Shown one piece after another: positions 1-12,357 of a stretch of DNA of 64,000 nucleotides. Source of the DNA: Felis catus. Taxonomy: Eukaryota. The stretch's first letter is position 1; each line of letters begins with the position of its first letter. The stretch covers positions 124,374,001 through 124,438,000 of the forward strand of contig NC_058368.1 in NCBI RefSeq assembly GCF_018350175.1, given 5' to 3'. The position numbers and the translations under genes were made by a program. The notes beneath the pieces are model-generated. The model was not told where the DNA came from. It did not search any database and was given only the letters and a program-made list of their open reading frames with translations.

Positions 1-584
1 TTTCATTGCTTTTATGATTAGAGAGGTCAGAAGTTGTGGGACCTTAGATTTATAAGCATGTTAACAGTTAACACTTAACTATAATTAATATAGAATTTCT
101 AAACTTTATTTTTGGATACTACAATGTTTTCCCAAAGAGTCAATTATTGGATAATTTTCTGTTTCCTTCGTAATTTGTAATGGCAACCTTATCATATACT
201 AAATCATTATTAACTCCTTACAGGAGGCTCTTCCTACCTTCTGTTCACTGAAACTGTGGCTTGGAAAGCAGAACCCTAGAACTGCCCTCTCTGCAGTGGT
301 GCACACATGAACTTGGGGAGATAGCCAAAGTGCACCTCAGGCACATTCCAAAGAGTCCTGTGGTCAGTCTGCAGTCAAGGTTCTTAGCTTTTTTATGTTT
401 CTAGCAGAGTTTTGAATTCTAGAATTTTTGGTAGCTTATTCGGAGGAACTGAAAAGCTCAGAACAACCCTAGAGTTAGTGAAAACTATTATACGACCACT
501 TCTACAGCACAACAATGTCTCCAGTCACTATGATACTATCCACTGTTATTGTGCTCTTCATGTCTCTGTCACCCTGTGAAGAAC

Positions 585-830
585 AATCATAATGATAGTT
601 AACAGTAACATTATGCTTATTCACCAGGCACTGCACTAAACCCTTTCTGTAAATCAACTCATTTAATTTTCACCTTATGAACTAGGTACTACAAATTATT
701 CCCATTTACAGATGGGGAAACCGAGGCTTAGGGCAGGAAAGTGACTTACCCAAAGGCACCTAGGTAGCTGGTGAAACTCAGAAAAGGCTGCAGGCTATCA
801 GGCCTCAGATTCCACCCTGTGACCCATGTG
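585..830 (-). mobile_element. MIR (representative; similar copies near 2200-2350, 4555-4745, 7720-7935, 10240-10450, 22150-22390, 30545-30780, 39560-39790, 43035-43285)
   Basis: MIR core cccatttacagatggggaaaccgaggcttag...gtgacttacccaaagg. Confidence 0.8.
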
Positions 831-1256
831 GACTATATATATAACTGCCCTTTCACTCAGGAGGCAGAGCTCTCACATATTCCAGTGAACTTGTGACCTT
901 TCTCTTATGCTGGATGGTCATTCCACATTCCATTCTTTCTAACAGAGCCTGCGCCTGGCTCTCCACTCTGCTGCACAAGCTGTGTGCCTCAGCATTGTGC
1001 CTGACAGATGCCACCATTCTGCAGTTTATACTCATTTGTAGCAAAAGTACAATTTACACATTTGCTGAAAATTGGAAATGTTATCTATGAAGAGCTGTTT
1101 GTACACCAGGGAGACAATTAAAGTTAGCGGTAATAGTATAAAGATTCTAAAGTGAGGTTGACTGAATTCTTTTAATATATTAAGATAAATATGACAAAAG
1201 AACAAATAATTCTCATACTGATGCACAGAAAAGTGATTGAAAGTTTTCTAATCGCT

Positions 1257-1373
1257 TTTCTTTTTTAGCAACATTTATTTTTTAAGTAGTCTCTACACTC
1301 AATGTGGGGCTCGAATTTACAAACCCAAGATCAAGAGTTGGATGCTCTATCAACTGGACCAGTCAGGCACCCC
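1257..1373 (-). mobile_element. Short old CAN-SINE
   Basis: gtggggctcgaa...agatcaagagttggatgctc...caggcacccc is the reverse of the tRNA-derived head; T-rich tail. Confidence 0.8.
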
Positions 1374-1410
1374 CCTGATTTATTTTTTAAGGCCAGCATA
1401 AACTGCTAAA

Positions 1411-1427
1411 ACACACAGACACACACA

Positions 1428-1460
<33 letters not shown>
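1411..1460. repeat. (CA)n microsatellite
   Basis: Direct read. Confidence 0.95.
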
Positions 1461-1464
<4 letters not shown>

Positions 1465-1959
1465 GCACCTACAGAATAATTTAATTTGTGAGTACAAAAT
1501 TCTAGGTTTTAAATTCTACCAAATCAAATTCAATTGGATATTTAAAGAATAATACATCATAATCAAACAGTTTATCATTTATAAAGATGTTTTGATTTTT
1601 GTTATCAATTGGCAAAATATATCACACCATTAGAACAAAGGGGAAATACATGATAATGCAAGTAAAGAATAGACAAGCATTTAATAAAATTTGATATATT
1701 TGTTACTTAAAAAATGCTTAATATCTAAGAGTAAAAGTTTACATTCTAAATTAAGTACATTTATTTCTAATCAACTCCAAACACCATATATAATAGCAAA
1801 ACAATAGAGAAAGAAAGAAGACAAATTTTACCTAATGAAGTAAGTATGAAACAAAAAAAAAGATACAATAATCACAAAGGGAGAGCAAAATTATCATAAT
1901 TTTAATAACAGCTAACTTTTACAGATGACTAATGTTCCATATACTGTTCTAAGACTTTC

Positions 1960-2180
1960 TTTTTTTTTTTAATTTTTAATGTTTATTTAATTTTGAGAGA
2001 GAGAGAGAGAGAGCACGAGCAGAGAAAGGCCAGGGAGAGAGAGAGAGACACGGAATCCGAAGCAGGCTCCAGGCTCTGAGCTGTCAGCACAGAGTGCCAC
2101 GCGGTGCTTGAACCCATGAACTGTGACATCATGACCTGAGCTGAAGTCAGAGCTTAACCGACTGAACCACGCAGCCACCC
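1960..2180 (-). mobile_element. CAN-SINE (SINEC_Fc) inserted in a MIR
   Basis: Poly-T, (GA)n, SINE body; TSD tactgttctaagactttc / tactgtcctaagagtttc. Confidence 0.92.
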
Positions 2181-2770
2181 TTACTGTCCTAAGAGTTTCA
2201 TTTGAATTCAGGTATTTATTTGCTTCAACAATTCTATGAGGTAGATAGTATATTTATCCCAATTTACAGATGAAGAAATAGAAGCATAGAGAAGAGTTTA
2301 ATAATTTCCCCACAGTTGCAAAGCTGTTAAGTGGCAGAGCAGGATTTGAAAACAGTCCATCTAGTTTCAACCTCTGCACAAGGATGGCACAAGAAAATTA
2401 GTGACAAAACAACAGAAGTAATAAGATTTGATTAAGTTAGTGAGGTTTAAAAATAAATATAAATTTGTAATAAATTTATAATAAAATAATTTGTAATAAT
2501 TTACAAATAAAAATTTATAATAAAATAATATAAGCAGGAAATGACTCCTCCTTACACTGAAAACAAAAAAATTCCCAGGAGTAAATATTCAGAATCCAAT
2601 TGAGGAGAACTTACAGAATTTTGCTGAATGATGTAACAGAAGAATTGAATTGATAGAGATACATGCCATATTCCCAGATAGGACAACTAAATAGTATAAT
2701 AAATTTTAATTATTACACAGATTCATTTGTAAATTTAAAGTCATTTCAGTAAAAGTTTCAATAGTTTTTT

Positions 2771-2992
2771 GGGGCACTGGGTGTCTCAGTCAGTTAAGCG
2801 TCTGACTCTTAGTTTTGGTTCAGGTCATGATATTAGGGCTTTGTGGGTTCGAGCACTGCATCAGGCTCTGTGCTGGCAGTATGGCAACCTGCTTGGGATT
2901 CTGTCTCTCTCCCTCTCTCTATCAGCCCCTCCTCCATTTGTACCATCTTTATCTCTCTCAAAATAAATAAATAAACTTAAAAAAATTAAAAA
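2771..2992 (+). mobile_element. CAN-SINE
   Basis: ggggcactgggtgtctcagtcagttaagc head, CT-rich segment, A tail. Confidence 0.92.
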
Positions 2993-2994
2993 AA

Positions 2995-3148
2995 ATTTTT
3001 TTTTACATTTATTTGTTTTTGAGAGACAGAGAGAGAGAGCACACAAGCAGGGGAGGGGCAGAGAGAGAGGGAGACACAGAATCTGAAGCAGACTCCAGGC
3101 TCTGAGCTGTCAGCACAGAGCCCATCGCAGGGCTTGAACCTATGAGCC
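2995..3148 (-). mobile_element. 5'-truncated CAN-SINE, tail-to-tail with the preceding copy
   Basis: T tail, gagagacagagagagag, gagacacagaatctgaagcag...gggcttgaacc, then an abrupt end. Confidence 0.9.
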
Positions 3149-3705
3149 AGGCATGGTTGCAGGTGCTTTGTATGTATTAAGTCAATCTATATAAGCAATC
3201 CTTTGTAGTAGCCTCATCTTAGTTTACAAGGCTTTACAAGGAAAGTGAGCTGTAGAGATGTTAGCTGGGTCACACACTAAGTGGTGGCACTGGCCTTGAA
3301 CCATTCAGTTTGGCTCCAGTGGCCATTACAACATTATACTGTATCCCCATCAATACCTCGATGTCTCAGTTTTCACATATAAAAAGTAAGGGAGTTGGAT
3401 TCAACACTCACTGACGTTCCTTCCAATTCCAAAAAGTACTACTATTCTCAGTCATAACACTTCCAGGATCCATCCTGAAATTGGTTTCTGCTCTGACTGC
3501 CTGAAACCAGATGCCTGTGAGCCTATCTCTGCTCCCCTCTATATTCAGTGGTCAAGCTGAGTCAGCCAAGTTATGGCCAAAACTCTAGAACACCATTTTT
3601 GGATGGCACTAAGTAATCAGAAGGATAAAAGCGTCAATTCAGATGAATTTCAGGTGTCCCTCTCACAGTTCTTAAAAATAAGATTTTTTTTTTAACAGCA
3701 GACTT

Positions 3706-3904
3706 GGGGTACCTGGGTAGCTCAGTCAGTTAAGCATCCGATTCTTGATTTCAGCTCAGGACATGATCTCATGGTTCCTGAGATCTGAGCTCTGCGCTGA
3801 CGGTATTGAGCCTGCTTGGGAGTCTCTCTATCTCTACCTCTCTTGCTCCCCCTCCCCTGCTTGCACTCTCTCTCAAAATAAATAATAAAGTTAAAAAAAT
3901 AAAA
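3706..3904 (+). mobile_element. CAN-SINE
   Basis: ggggtacctgggtagctcagtcagttaagc head through A-rich tail. Confidence 0.9.
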
Positions 3905-5099
3905 CCGCAGACTGTGTTTTGATTTACTGTGGTGAATTAGAGAACAAAGAAATGGTGTCAAGGTTATTATCACAGTATAGGATATCAATGTTAAAATAAT
4001 TCTTTTTTTCTTTTTATCAAATGCTGTTTATGTGTGACCTTGTTTATAGGGCTGGCCTCCCTGAACTGTCTTTTGGAGAAACATCAGGTTGCTGCACAGA
4101 ACAAATGTGCTGAATAGGAATATGATAAAGAATCTGGCTTCTGAAGCTTCTGTGATGGAACCCAAGCCCTGACTTTGCAAATGCTCAGCTTCTATCACAT
4201 CAGCTTCACAGGTCACATTCCAGTGTAACCCCAACCTTTTCGCCACTGACCCCTCCTTCTAGGATGCTGGTGCTCTTCTCTCCTCCAAAGGAAGTCTGCC
4301 ATGGAGACTGAATCCATCGCTACCTTAGAAGAGGTCAGGCTGTCACAGTGAGTAGAGCCCACTGGGCACAGTTCACTGCAACTGGAAGTTCAGCCTGGGG
4401 AACCACCTCAGTGGCTGTCAGCTCCCACCAGTCCTGCTTGAGGTGCCATTGCCTTTCTTTTCCTTCTCGTGCTAGGAGTCATGAAGGGGTAGGTGGGTGG
4501 GCTATCAGAACCTGCAAAGTATAACTTTTGGTAAAAAGGAGTGTGAGGGGGCTTGGGTGTCAGAAGCTGGAGTTAAAATGACAGTTTTGCCCTTGCCCTA
4601 TGTGGCCTTGGGCAAGTCATGTAACTTCAGACAGTCTAGAGATGGAACATATCTCATAGGCTGTGTTGAGGATCAAGTGACATAATAGGAGTGCAGAGTT
4701 TAGCACAGTGCCTGGTATGTGGGAGCTGCTTAATAAACCAGTTACTGCTCTTCTTGTGACCAGTTAATGATACTGGTTAATATTCTTGGCCTGATCTCCT
4801 CTATTTCCCTTTGTAATCTACTCCCCAGCCCTGGCATGGGGGGGGTGAGTTACAATGAGTCCATCTTGGTGGCTGAGAAGCTGGAGACAGGCTGGGCTCA
4901 TAGACTGAAGAACAGAGCCATTTGCTAGTTATACAATATGCATATTGCTAGAATACATTTTTTATGCTCAAATCCTTTTTGTATTGTTTGACTATTTTGA
5001 AAAAGGTGGTATTGATTTCACAATAAGAAAGAAAACAGTATGTTAAAAAAAACATTGTAAGGACTGGTTGATAACTAATAAGGCAACACCATTCATCTC

Positions 5100-5161
5100 A
5101 AATTTGAAAAGATTTGAAATGATTTGAAAGATTTGAAATGAATTTGAAAAGATTTAAATGA
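5100..5161. repeat. Short tandem repeat of gatttgaaa(a/t) units
   Basis: About 6 imperfect 9-11 bp units. Confidence 0.85.
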
Positions 5162-5164
5162 TAT

Positions 5165-5705
5165 TGTGATAACCTGAGATGAAGACATCACCCATGTGGT
5201 ACTCTGTCTGGGAATGTATATATCTAAATCTAGTCATGAGGGAGCAACAGACAAACACAAAGGAGGAACTCAGTATTAAAAGAGACAGAGAGAGGCTATA
5301 ATTTCAAAATGTCGATGCCATAAAAGACAAAAAAACTGTGCAGAAATGTTCCAGAAGAAAAGTGAATAAAGACACATGACAACTAAATATAATACATCAT
5401 CCTAGACTGGATCAAGTACTGGAAGAAATGCTATGAAAGATGTTACTAGCTCACTAGACAAAATTGGAATGCAGACAGATTAAAGTACATACACACACAC
5501 ACACATGCATATATAAACATATACATAGAGGCAGAGAGAGCGATGTGGGACATAGAGACACAGACAGAAGAAAGCCAACAAAAAGGCAAAAGGGGCAAAA
5601 TATTAATGTCAGATGAATCTGAGTAAAAGATAGTCATGTGTTCTTTTATGCCATTTTTACAAGATTTAAGTTTGAAATTATTTTCAAACAAAAAGTTTAA
5701 AAAGG
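5165..5705 (+). mobile_element. Old L1 (L1MC-like) 3' end
   Basis: Typical L1MC 3' UTR motifs (gacacatgacaactaaat...cctagactggatc...aagtttgaaattattttcaaa). Confidence 0.7.
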
Positions 5706-7419
5706 ATTAGCATGCTATTAAATATTTTACATGTGTATTTTAAAACTCTGAGGAACATTTAGAGATAGAAATACTTCCTGTGTGAAAGGAATCTTCCCTT
5801 TTCTTCCTCCCCAATAGAGCCAATAAAACAAGATTATCAATGCACAAATTACATTTTTTAAATTTTACAAAGAGAAAACAAACTAAAGACCCTTATTAAG
5901 CACACAAATCTATATATTAGTTCAAAGTTAGTGTTAGTTAAAACCACCATGATTTTCAGAGATAAATCAGAAAAGCTGAGATGTAGATCATTCTTGATAT
6001 AAGTGGATTCTCAGAATCAGCAAACATTTTGCACTGACTGACAGGCTTCCTTCCTCATAGTTACAAGTGCTAAACATGACTTCTGGTAGGATGGGGTCTT
6101 TCTGCAAGATGGTCTATATCTCTACACATCTTTTACACCAATCTTGTATGTAAGTGCCTCTAGACCCTCTTCTTCTCACCTTGTCTCATATTTGGGGATG
6201 GGTAAGATGTTTGTTTCATACTTGTTTGGTAATAAAAATAGCTACATGCTTAGTAAATTTTCTTTCAGATTCCATTAAAATATCCTTGCATCCAAATAAT
6301 TGCATCAAAGAGAAAATACATGAATATCATTACCCAACACAATTGCTTAATAGTTGCTAAGGAAATGTGGAGTTAATGGATAGAGATGGCAGGAAAAGCT
6401 CACTGTAGTGACCCAGCTGACTTTTGGACAAGGGGCTGAAAAGAGGGTTTGCCTCCTGAAGTTGATCTGGCTAAGTTGTGGACATAACATAAGGGTTGAT
6501 GCAGGAGACCCAAGGGACCAGTGTACCTTCATTCCCTGTGGCTACCACTCCTGGATGCTCCCTCTTGGGATGCATACTAGGGAAAAAGTCCCCATTCCCT
6601 AGGACAGTAGGGCTGTCCTGTGGCGGAGAATACTGAGGACACCACTCTCCTAAACCCCAACCCACTGAATCACTTGCATTTTCATGGCTCTCAAAGGCTG
6701 TGAATGGTAATTGTTTGGGTAAGATTAGTCAAGGTCTTTCCTCTAGCTAGGTTCACAAGAGGAGCCAGGAGTGGATGGGTTTGTCACAACCTTTCCCAGG
6801 AGTTGGTTGATGGGAGGGAGGTTCCTGTGCCAAATTGACAGCAGTGACGCAGAGAAGGGTGAGGGACAGGCTTCTAGAAAACTTGGTCTTGAGTGGGCCA
6901 CAAGACCAGAAAAAAGTCTTTCATCTCTGTTTCCCTCTGCTCAGCTAAACATTTCCCAGAGGCAACAGCAGTCTGCTTCTAAGCCTGTGGACTGGTGAGT
7001 TCCAGCTAATCTTACTTTATCTGGACAATTAATCTGAAAACTAATCACAGAATTCCCCCTCAGTGTTCCTGGGTTTCATTCTAGGTACACATTTAGGTTT
7101 TTTACCCTAAAATCATCAATTGGGCTGAAATCATTCCCTCTCTGTCTTGTCTCCTTTGCCTGCCTTTCTCTGCTCTCTTCCCAAACCTCTTTAAAAATGT
7201 GCTTATTCTTCCTTTGGAGGCATCTGGTTGTCATGCAGAATTTTCACTTTTGCTTTTTCAGCAAAGTGCAAATTTGTTACACTCTAAATTCTTTTTGTTT
7301 ACTGCTTCCATTTTGGATGAAATGTTGGAAATTAAAACCCTCACATCTGTGTGTGGGAGCTTTAAAAATCCACAACACAATGGAAGAACAGCTTGATTGT
7401 GAAAATATACGCTTCATTA

Positions 7420-7650
7420 ATTTTAATTTTTTAAAGTTTATTTATTTATTTTGAGAGAGGGAGACAGAGCACGTGAGCCAGGGAGGGGCAGAGAGAGTGG
7501 GAGAGAGAAAGAATCCTAAGTAGGATCTACACTGTCAACGCAGACCCCGATGTGGGGTCTGCAGTTTGTGGAGCCCACAAACTGCAAGATCATGGCTTGA
7601 GCCGAAGTTAAGAGCCAGATGCTTAAGTGACTGAGCCACCTAGGTGCCTC
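7420..7650 (-). mobile_element. CAN-SINE
   Basis: Full body; TSD cattaattttaatttt / cattaatttgaatttt. Confidence 0.92.
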
Positions 7651-8116
7651 ATTAATTTGAATTTTCATTAATCTCTTACTTCTTCATTAAAATTTGTGGT
7701 TGATGAAGGAAGATTACAGTTGTAGATAGAACATGGGTTTTGAAGTCAAGCAGCTTGAATCTCAGCATTGCCGTTTTATATGTGGTAACCTTGGGTCAGT
7801 CATAACCTTTTAAAATTCCCTCATTGGTAAAAGGCGGGAACATGAGAGTGGGATAGATGTGAGGATTAAACGAGCTAGTCTATGTACAGTCCATGGCACA
7901 GAGCCTGGCTTTGCTAAGTGCTCAATTGACATTTGTTCTCATCAAATGTAATCCATGTAAAATGCCTGCACAGAGTCTGCTCCAAGTAGATGCCCTTTCT
8001 ATCTTCCCTTCCAAATGTCAAATTTCTCTCTAGTTTCAATAAGAATGGGTTTTCCCAAAACCCCAGTCATAAAACTTTCTGACAAGGGACTTGAGATTTG
8101 ATATCTGTTCATGCCA

Positions 8117-8565
8117 CGTAACAGGCTGAATGGTGGCCCTGAAGATACATCCATATCGAAAATCCCTGAAACCTGTGAATTTTACCGTGTATGACAAAAG
8201 GGTGGATATCACCTCGTATGTCAAAAGATGTGATCAAGTTAAAAGACGTTGAGAGTAGAGATTTATCCTAGATTATGTGGGTAATCCATGCATTGTAACT
8301 ATGAGAGAGAGGCAGAGGCATTTCTGAGACAGACACACACAGAGAACAAGGTGATGTGAAGACAGGGGTGTAGACTGGAGTGGAGGCCACAAGCAGCGAG
8401 AAGTTGGAAGAGGCAAGGGAGGATTCTTCCCTGGAGAGTCCAGAAGGAGCAGGTGCTGACATTTTGATCTCATACACTGGCCTCCAGAACTGTGAGACAA
8501 TACATTTCTGTTGTTTTAAGCCACCCAGCTTGTGGTGCTTTGTCATGCAGCCCTAGGACACTACT
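8117..8565 (+). mobile_element. MaLR LTR (MLT1C-like)
   Basis: ggcctccagaactgtgagacaatacatttctgttgttttaagccacccag...gcagccctagga is the MLT1 3' signature. Confidence 0.85.
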
Positions 8566-9619
8566 GCAGTGATTCAATCTGCACTGGAGAGTTTGGCCCT
8601 CCTCTTGTTCTCTCAGCAACTCTATCAGTAAAGAGCCTGCAGGGTGGGCCATGCCCCCTCAGGTGCCCACAAACACAATGCTCATGAAACACAATTTCGT
8701 CTAGACCCTGGGCAGGGCAGGGTGTGGAGAGACCCTTGGGACCACTCATCCAGCTCCCATCCTCTCTGAGGCCTTAGGTTCCTCCTTTGGGCATAGCAAA
8801 CCTTTTCTTTCCACAATTAGAGACAAAGCTTAAAATGCAAATATCTTCTGTTATATAACATCTCCACTGCAGTAGGAAGCTTTGTGTTCCGTAGTAAATG
8901 ATTTTACTACAGGTCCTTTCCTGCATGTGGGCTCTGACAGGGAAGACAGCCAGGAGGAACACGTGGGACCAGAAACAGTGTTGCTATGGTGAAAGCAAAA
9001 AGCACAAAGCAGGAGTGGAGAGCTCTGAAGACCTAGGCTTCCTGCGTCACAATTTCAGAAAGCAAACCAGAAACGACTCTCGTTCCCGTAGCCAGATAAC
9101 TGGGTGTTTAAGCCTCCCAGCAACCCTGCACATTTCACAGACTAGGAGATTGATTTGTCCAGGTTCATGCAAATGGGAAGAAAACTGAGACATAACATGA
9201 GTAAGGGCCATATATATGTCCCTGAGCCCCTAGCATAAGGATGCCTTGTTACCTCTACTAAAGAGAAATCTAGAAAAATGCCACTGAAGGGATTCAGACT
9301 TAACACATCCACATCATTTGACCCCTGAAGGTCATTCTGTGTCATATTTTTTTCAAGTGCACAGTGCTAACCATTCCCTGTGAAACCATAAACCAGAGCT
9401 GTCTGAGCCCTGCAACCATTCCATAGCAGCTATTGGGGCCACAGACCACCCACGAAAAGAAGTTTCTCAATGTTCTGATGTCTGGATAGAGAATACCTGG
9501 GTCTCAGGCCCTTCTATGACTCACTAGCTGGGTGTTATTAGTACAAACATGCCCCACCTTTTCACCTCTCTGTGCTTCCCTCTTCCCATCTGAGATGTTA
9601 GGCCAATGGGTTGGATGAA

Positions 9620-9765
9620 TGATTCTCAATCCTTGTTGTACGTGAGATCTTCCTGGGGAGCTTCCAGGCCTCCCCCCAACACTAATTATACTGGAGAACT
9701 AGGCATCAGCATTTTCCAAACCTGTCCATGTGATTCTTATGTGTGGCTCAGTGTGAGAACCAATA
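9620..9765. mobile_element. MER5A-like hAT-Charlie fossil
   Basis: Terminal inverted repeats gattctca...tgagaacc and internal gtgattctta motif. Confidence 0.65.
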
Positions 9766-11329
9766 GATTACATGACTTCTGAGATCCTTCCAGATCATTT
9801 CTTTTCTCAACATTTCCACAGAAATCCAGGGCTACTAGAATTTTGATTCCCCAAATATTCAGAATTCATGGAAAGCCCTTGAATAAAGCCCACATTTGGG
9901 GAGAAAATCACTCTGCTGTGGTTTGCCCAACAATATACCATAATGGCATTTAAAAGCTATGTAATGGTCTAAACCATTATGGCCTTTCATGCTTTTAAGA
10001 GGATGGAAGGGTTAATGTGATAATAGAACTACTCAGGTATCATCTAATTAATTTTTATTTTAGGGGATTGCTCTAAATAGTACTCTGGAATACTGAAAAA
10101 ACATTAATGTTTTCTAGTCAACTAGTATTAACTAAGCTCTTGTTTGTTCTGAGGACTGCTAAATTCAAGCTGGAGGTAGAGAAGGGAAGAGCCTTTCACA
10201 TTTGAGGAACTCATAGTCCAAGGTAGCAATTAAAACAGGAATAACAAAGGCAGCCACAATTTTAAAGTACTTACGGCACATTAGGCAATGTGATTGGTGC
10301 TTTTTATGTATTATTTTATATTCTCACAACAGCCTTGTGAGGCAAACATTATTTCCTCCATTTCATTGCTGAGGAAAGTAAGGCCCAGAGCGGTTAGGTA
10401 GCTTTCTAAGGTCACACAGCTAAGAAGTAGATCTGCCATTCCAACCTATGCTATTTCAACCATATTTCAGCACCTCTAGAAAGGATTGAGAAATAGAGAT
10501 AGAGATGGCAGGGAGAAGGTGAACTTTCATGAGGGAGTCAGGTGTGGGGTGGACGAAATGCTGTGAATTGCTCACATGAAAGGTGCTGTAAGAAAATAAA
10601 TATGACAAATTAATATGTTAACTAGTTAACTACGTTTTGGGCTCAAGCCTGTAAGGGAACACAACACTGGAACAGATGAATTCATTATGAAGGGCCACCT
10701 CTTCACAGTCAATTCCAGCTTCCTCAGATTAGTCTCAAAAAAAATAAACTCGTTGTGTTCCTCTTTGGATTGCATAGCTCAACAATGTCATTTTTTTAGC
10801 TAGTATGAGGTCTTTGGATTTAGGCAGACTTTCATTTTTGCTGATTGTCTTCAGTGATACAAAATGTACCAAGGGGAGGGGATGGTGGTAGGCACAGCTT
10901 TAACAATCATTTTCCCTATGGTGTTCATCATCAAACACCATGTGAACCAGCATATTCTGAAGGGACACACACATGCAATTCAAAATGAGTTAAGAAGTGG
11001 AGAACTATCTCTCTTTATATATACATCTGTACATATAGTCACTCAGAGATCTAAAAGTAAATCTAATATTTGAGAAAGCACTGAGCTAAAATAATTCACC
11101 CATGAAACAGATACAGCTTGAAGGGTAATAAACACACTACGGCCTAGAGCAGGACAAGGAAAAAAGAAAGAAGCAATGGATTTTCTTAATGAGCTTTTAC
11201 AAATCATCTTTTTCATGTTGGAGCCAAAACTAGGAGCAAATGACCAAAGAACTTTAGGGTCCTGAAGAATATTCACAGGCTACAAAAAATGGTTTAGATG
11301 TCAGGTTTTTTTAAATATTCTAAAAAATA

Positions 11330-11335
11330 TTTATT
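11330..11335 (-). terminator. Polyadenylation signal AATAAA
   Basis: TTTATT on + at 11330-11335, with UGUA motifs just upstream on the minus strand (taca at 11335 and 11341) and U-rich sequence downstream. Confidence 0.5.
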
Positions 11336-11962
11336 ACATTTACAGAGTGGAAATTTCCTATGCATATATAGAAAAGATGCATAATTACACAAAGGTATTA
11401 TGTATATGTACCCAGTTCATATGCACAATGTATACACATAAACTGTACTGCTGAATACATGCTTTTTATGAGGATGGGGCTGATTCCATAGCAATCTTTT
11501 CATGTGGAAAATGACCTCCACTCGGCAAATTATGAGTAGGAAAGATATATCCTGTCATTACAAATAACATAGTGTTAAATCACACCACAACCACGGATGA
11601 GATATTCTATCAACTATAGTATAAATCTAGGTAACATCTATGCCTAAAAGGAAATCAAGAAGTATCTATGGAACTGTGGCAATGAGATATTGAGTTAATA
11701 GAATGAAAAGAGACATGTGATTTGTTCTTTTTATATTAGTTACTATAATATAGTTTTTAAAGATTTGAAAATAAACTAATGAGAATAAAGATGATCGTAT
11801 CTGAAATAGCTGGTTGTGTTTGAAACCCAATTTTTAAAATTTGCACATAGGAATACTTTAACGAGACAAACAGACCATAAGCTTATTTTTCTTTTCCAAA
11901 TGCTTATCAAATAAGAAGTGAACATGTAAAACAGATTTGTTTTCTGTGTGAAATCCTCTTTC

Positions 11963-11967
<5 letters not shown>

Positions 11968-12009
<42 letters not shown>
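11968..12009. repeat. (AC)21 microsatellite within the putative 3' UTR
   Basis: Direct read. Confidence 0.95.
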
Positions 12010-12011
<2 letters not shown>

Positions 12012-12283
12012 CTCTTTTCCCCCTCAGAATTGCAGAATCCCTACCACTGAACTAAAGATATGAAGAACCAAAGGAGGTATTAAAGCAGCATTTTTACCTT
12101 TTTGCTGGTCAAACACAGATGGAGTGCTGAAATCCATGGTTGCCTGTCTCATCATTTACCATCAGAATGGCAAAAAGCATCCAGGTTTCTAGAGAGAGAG
12201 AAAAAAAAACCCCACCATCTCACATGTTACAGTCAACACATCAGTCAGATACAGCATCACTTGCCAAAACTCCTGTTTGAGAA

Positions 12284-12357
12284 TTAAACGTGCATTAGAG
12301 CTGCAGGTTGTTGTCGAGGCAAATGATGGCAATAGGCAAATGTTATTCCTGTGATAC
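12284..12357 (-). CDS. Putative coding part of the terminal exon of an unidentified minus-strand gene; phase-1 reading (G)ITGITFAYCHHLPRQQPAALMHV*, phase-0 reading VSQE*
   Basis: Minus strand reads gtaactctcttcctggcag|GTATCACAGG (branch-like gtaac, pyrimidine tract, CAG at 12358-12360). 23 open codons to TAA at 12284-12286, followed by about 1 kb of UTR-like sequence ending at a poly(A) signal. The true frame is not determinable because the upstream constitutive exon was not identified. Confidence 0.5.

Larger units (their letters stand above)
11310..12283 (-). other. Putative 3' UTR of the minus-strand gene
   Basis: No recognisable transposon, AU-rich, several UGUA elements near the end, internal (UG)21, ends just after AATAAA. 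The cleavage site is approximate. Confidence 0.5.

Noticed and set aside
9938..9982. Inverted 9-mer ccataatgg/ccattatgg with TAATGG homeodomain-like sites
   Set aside because: Too short to distinguish from chance in AT-rich sequence.
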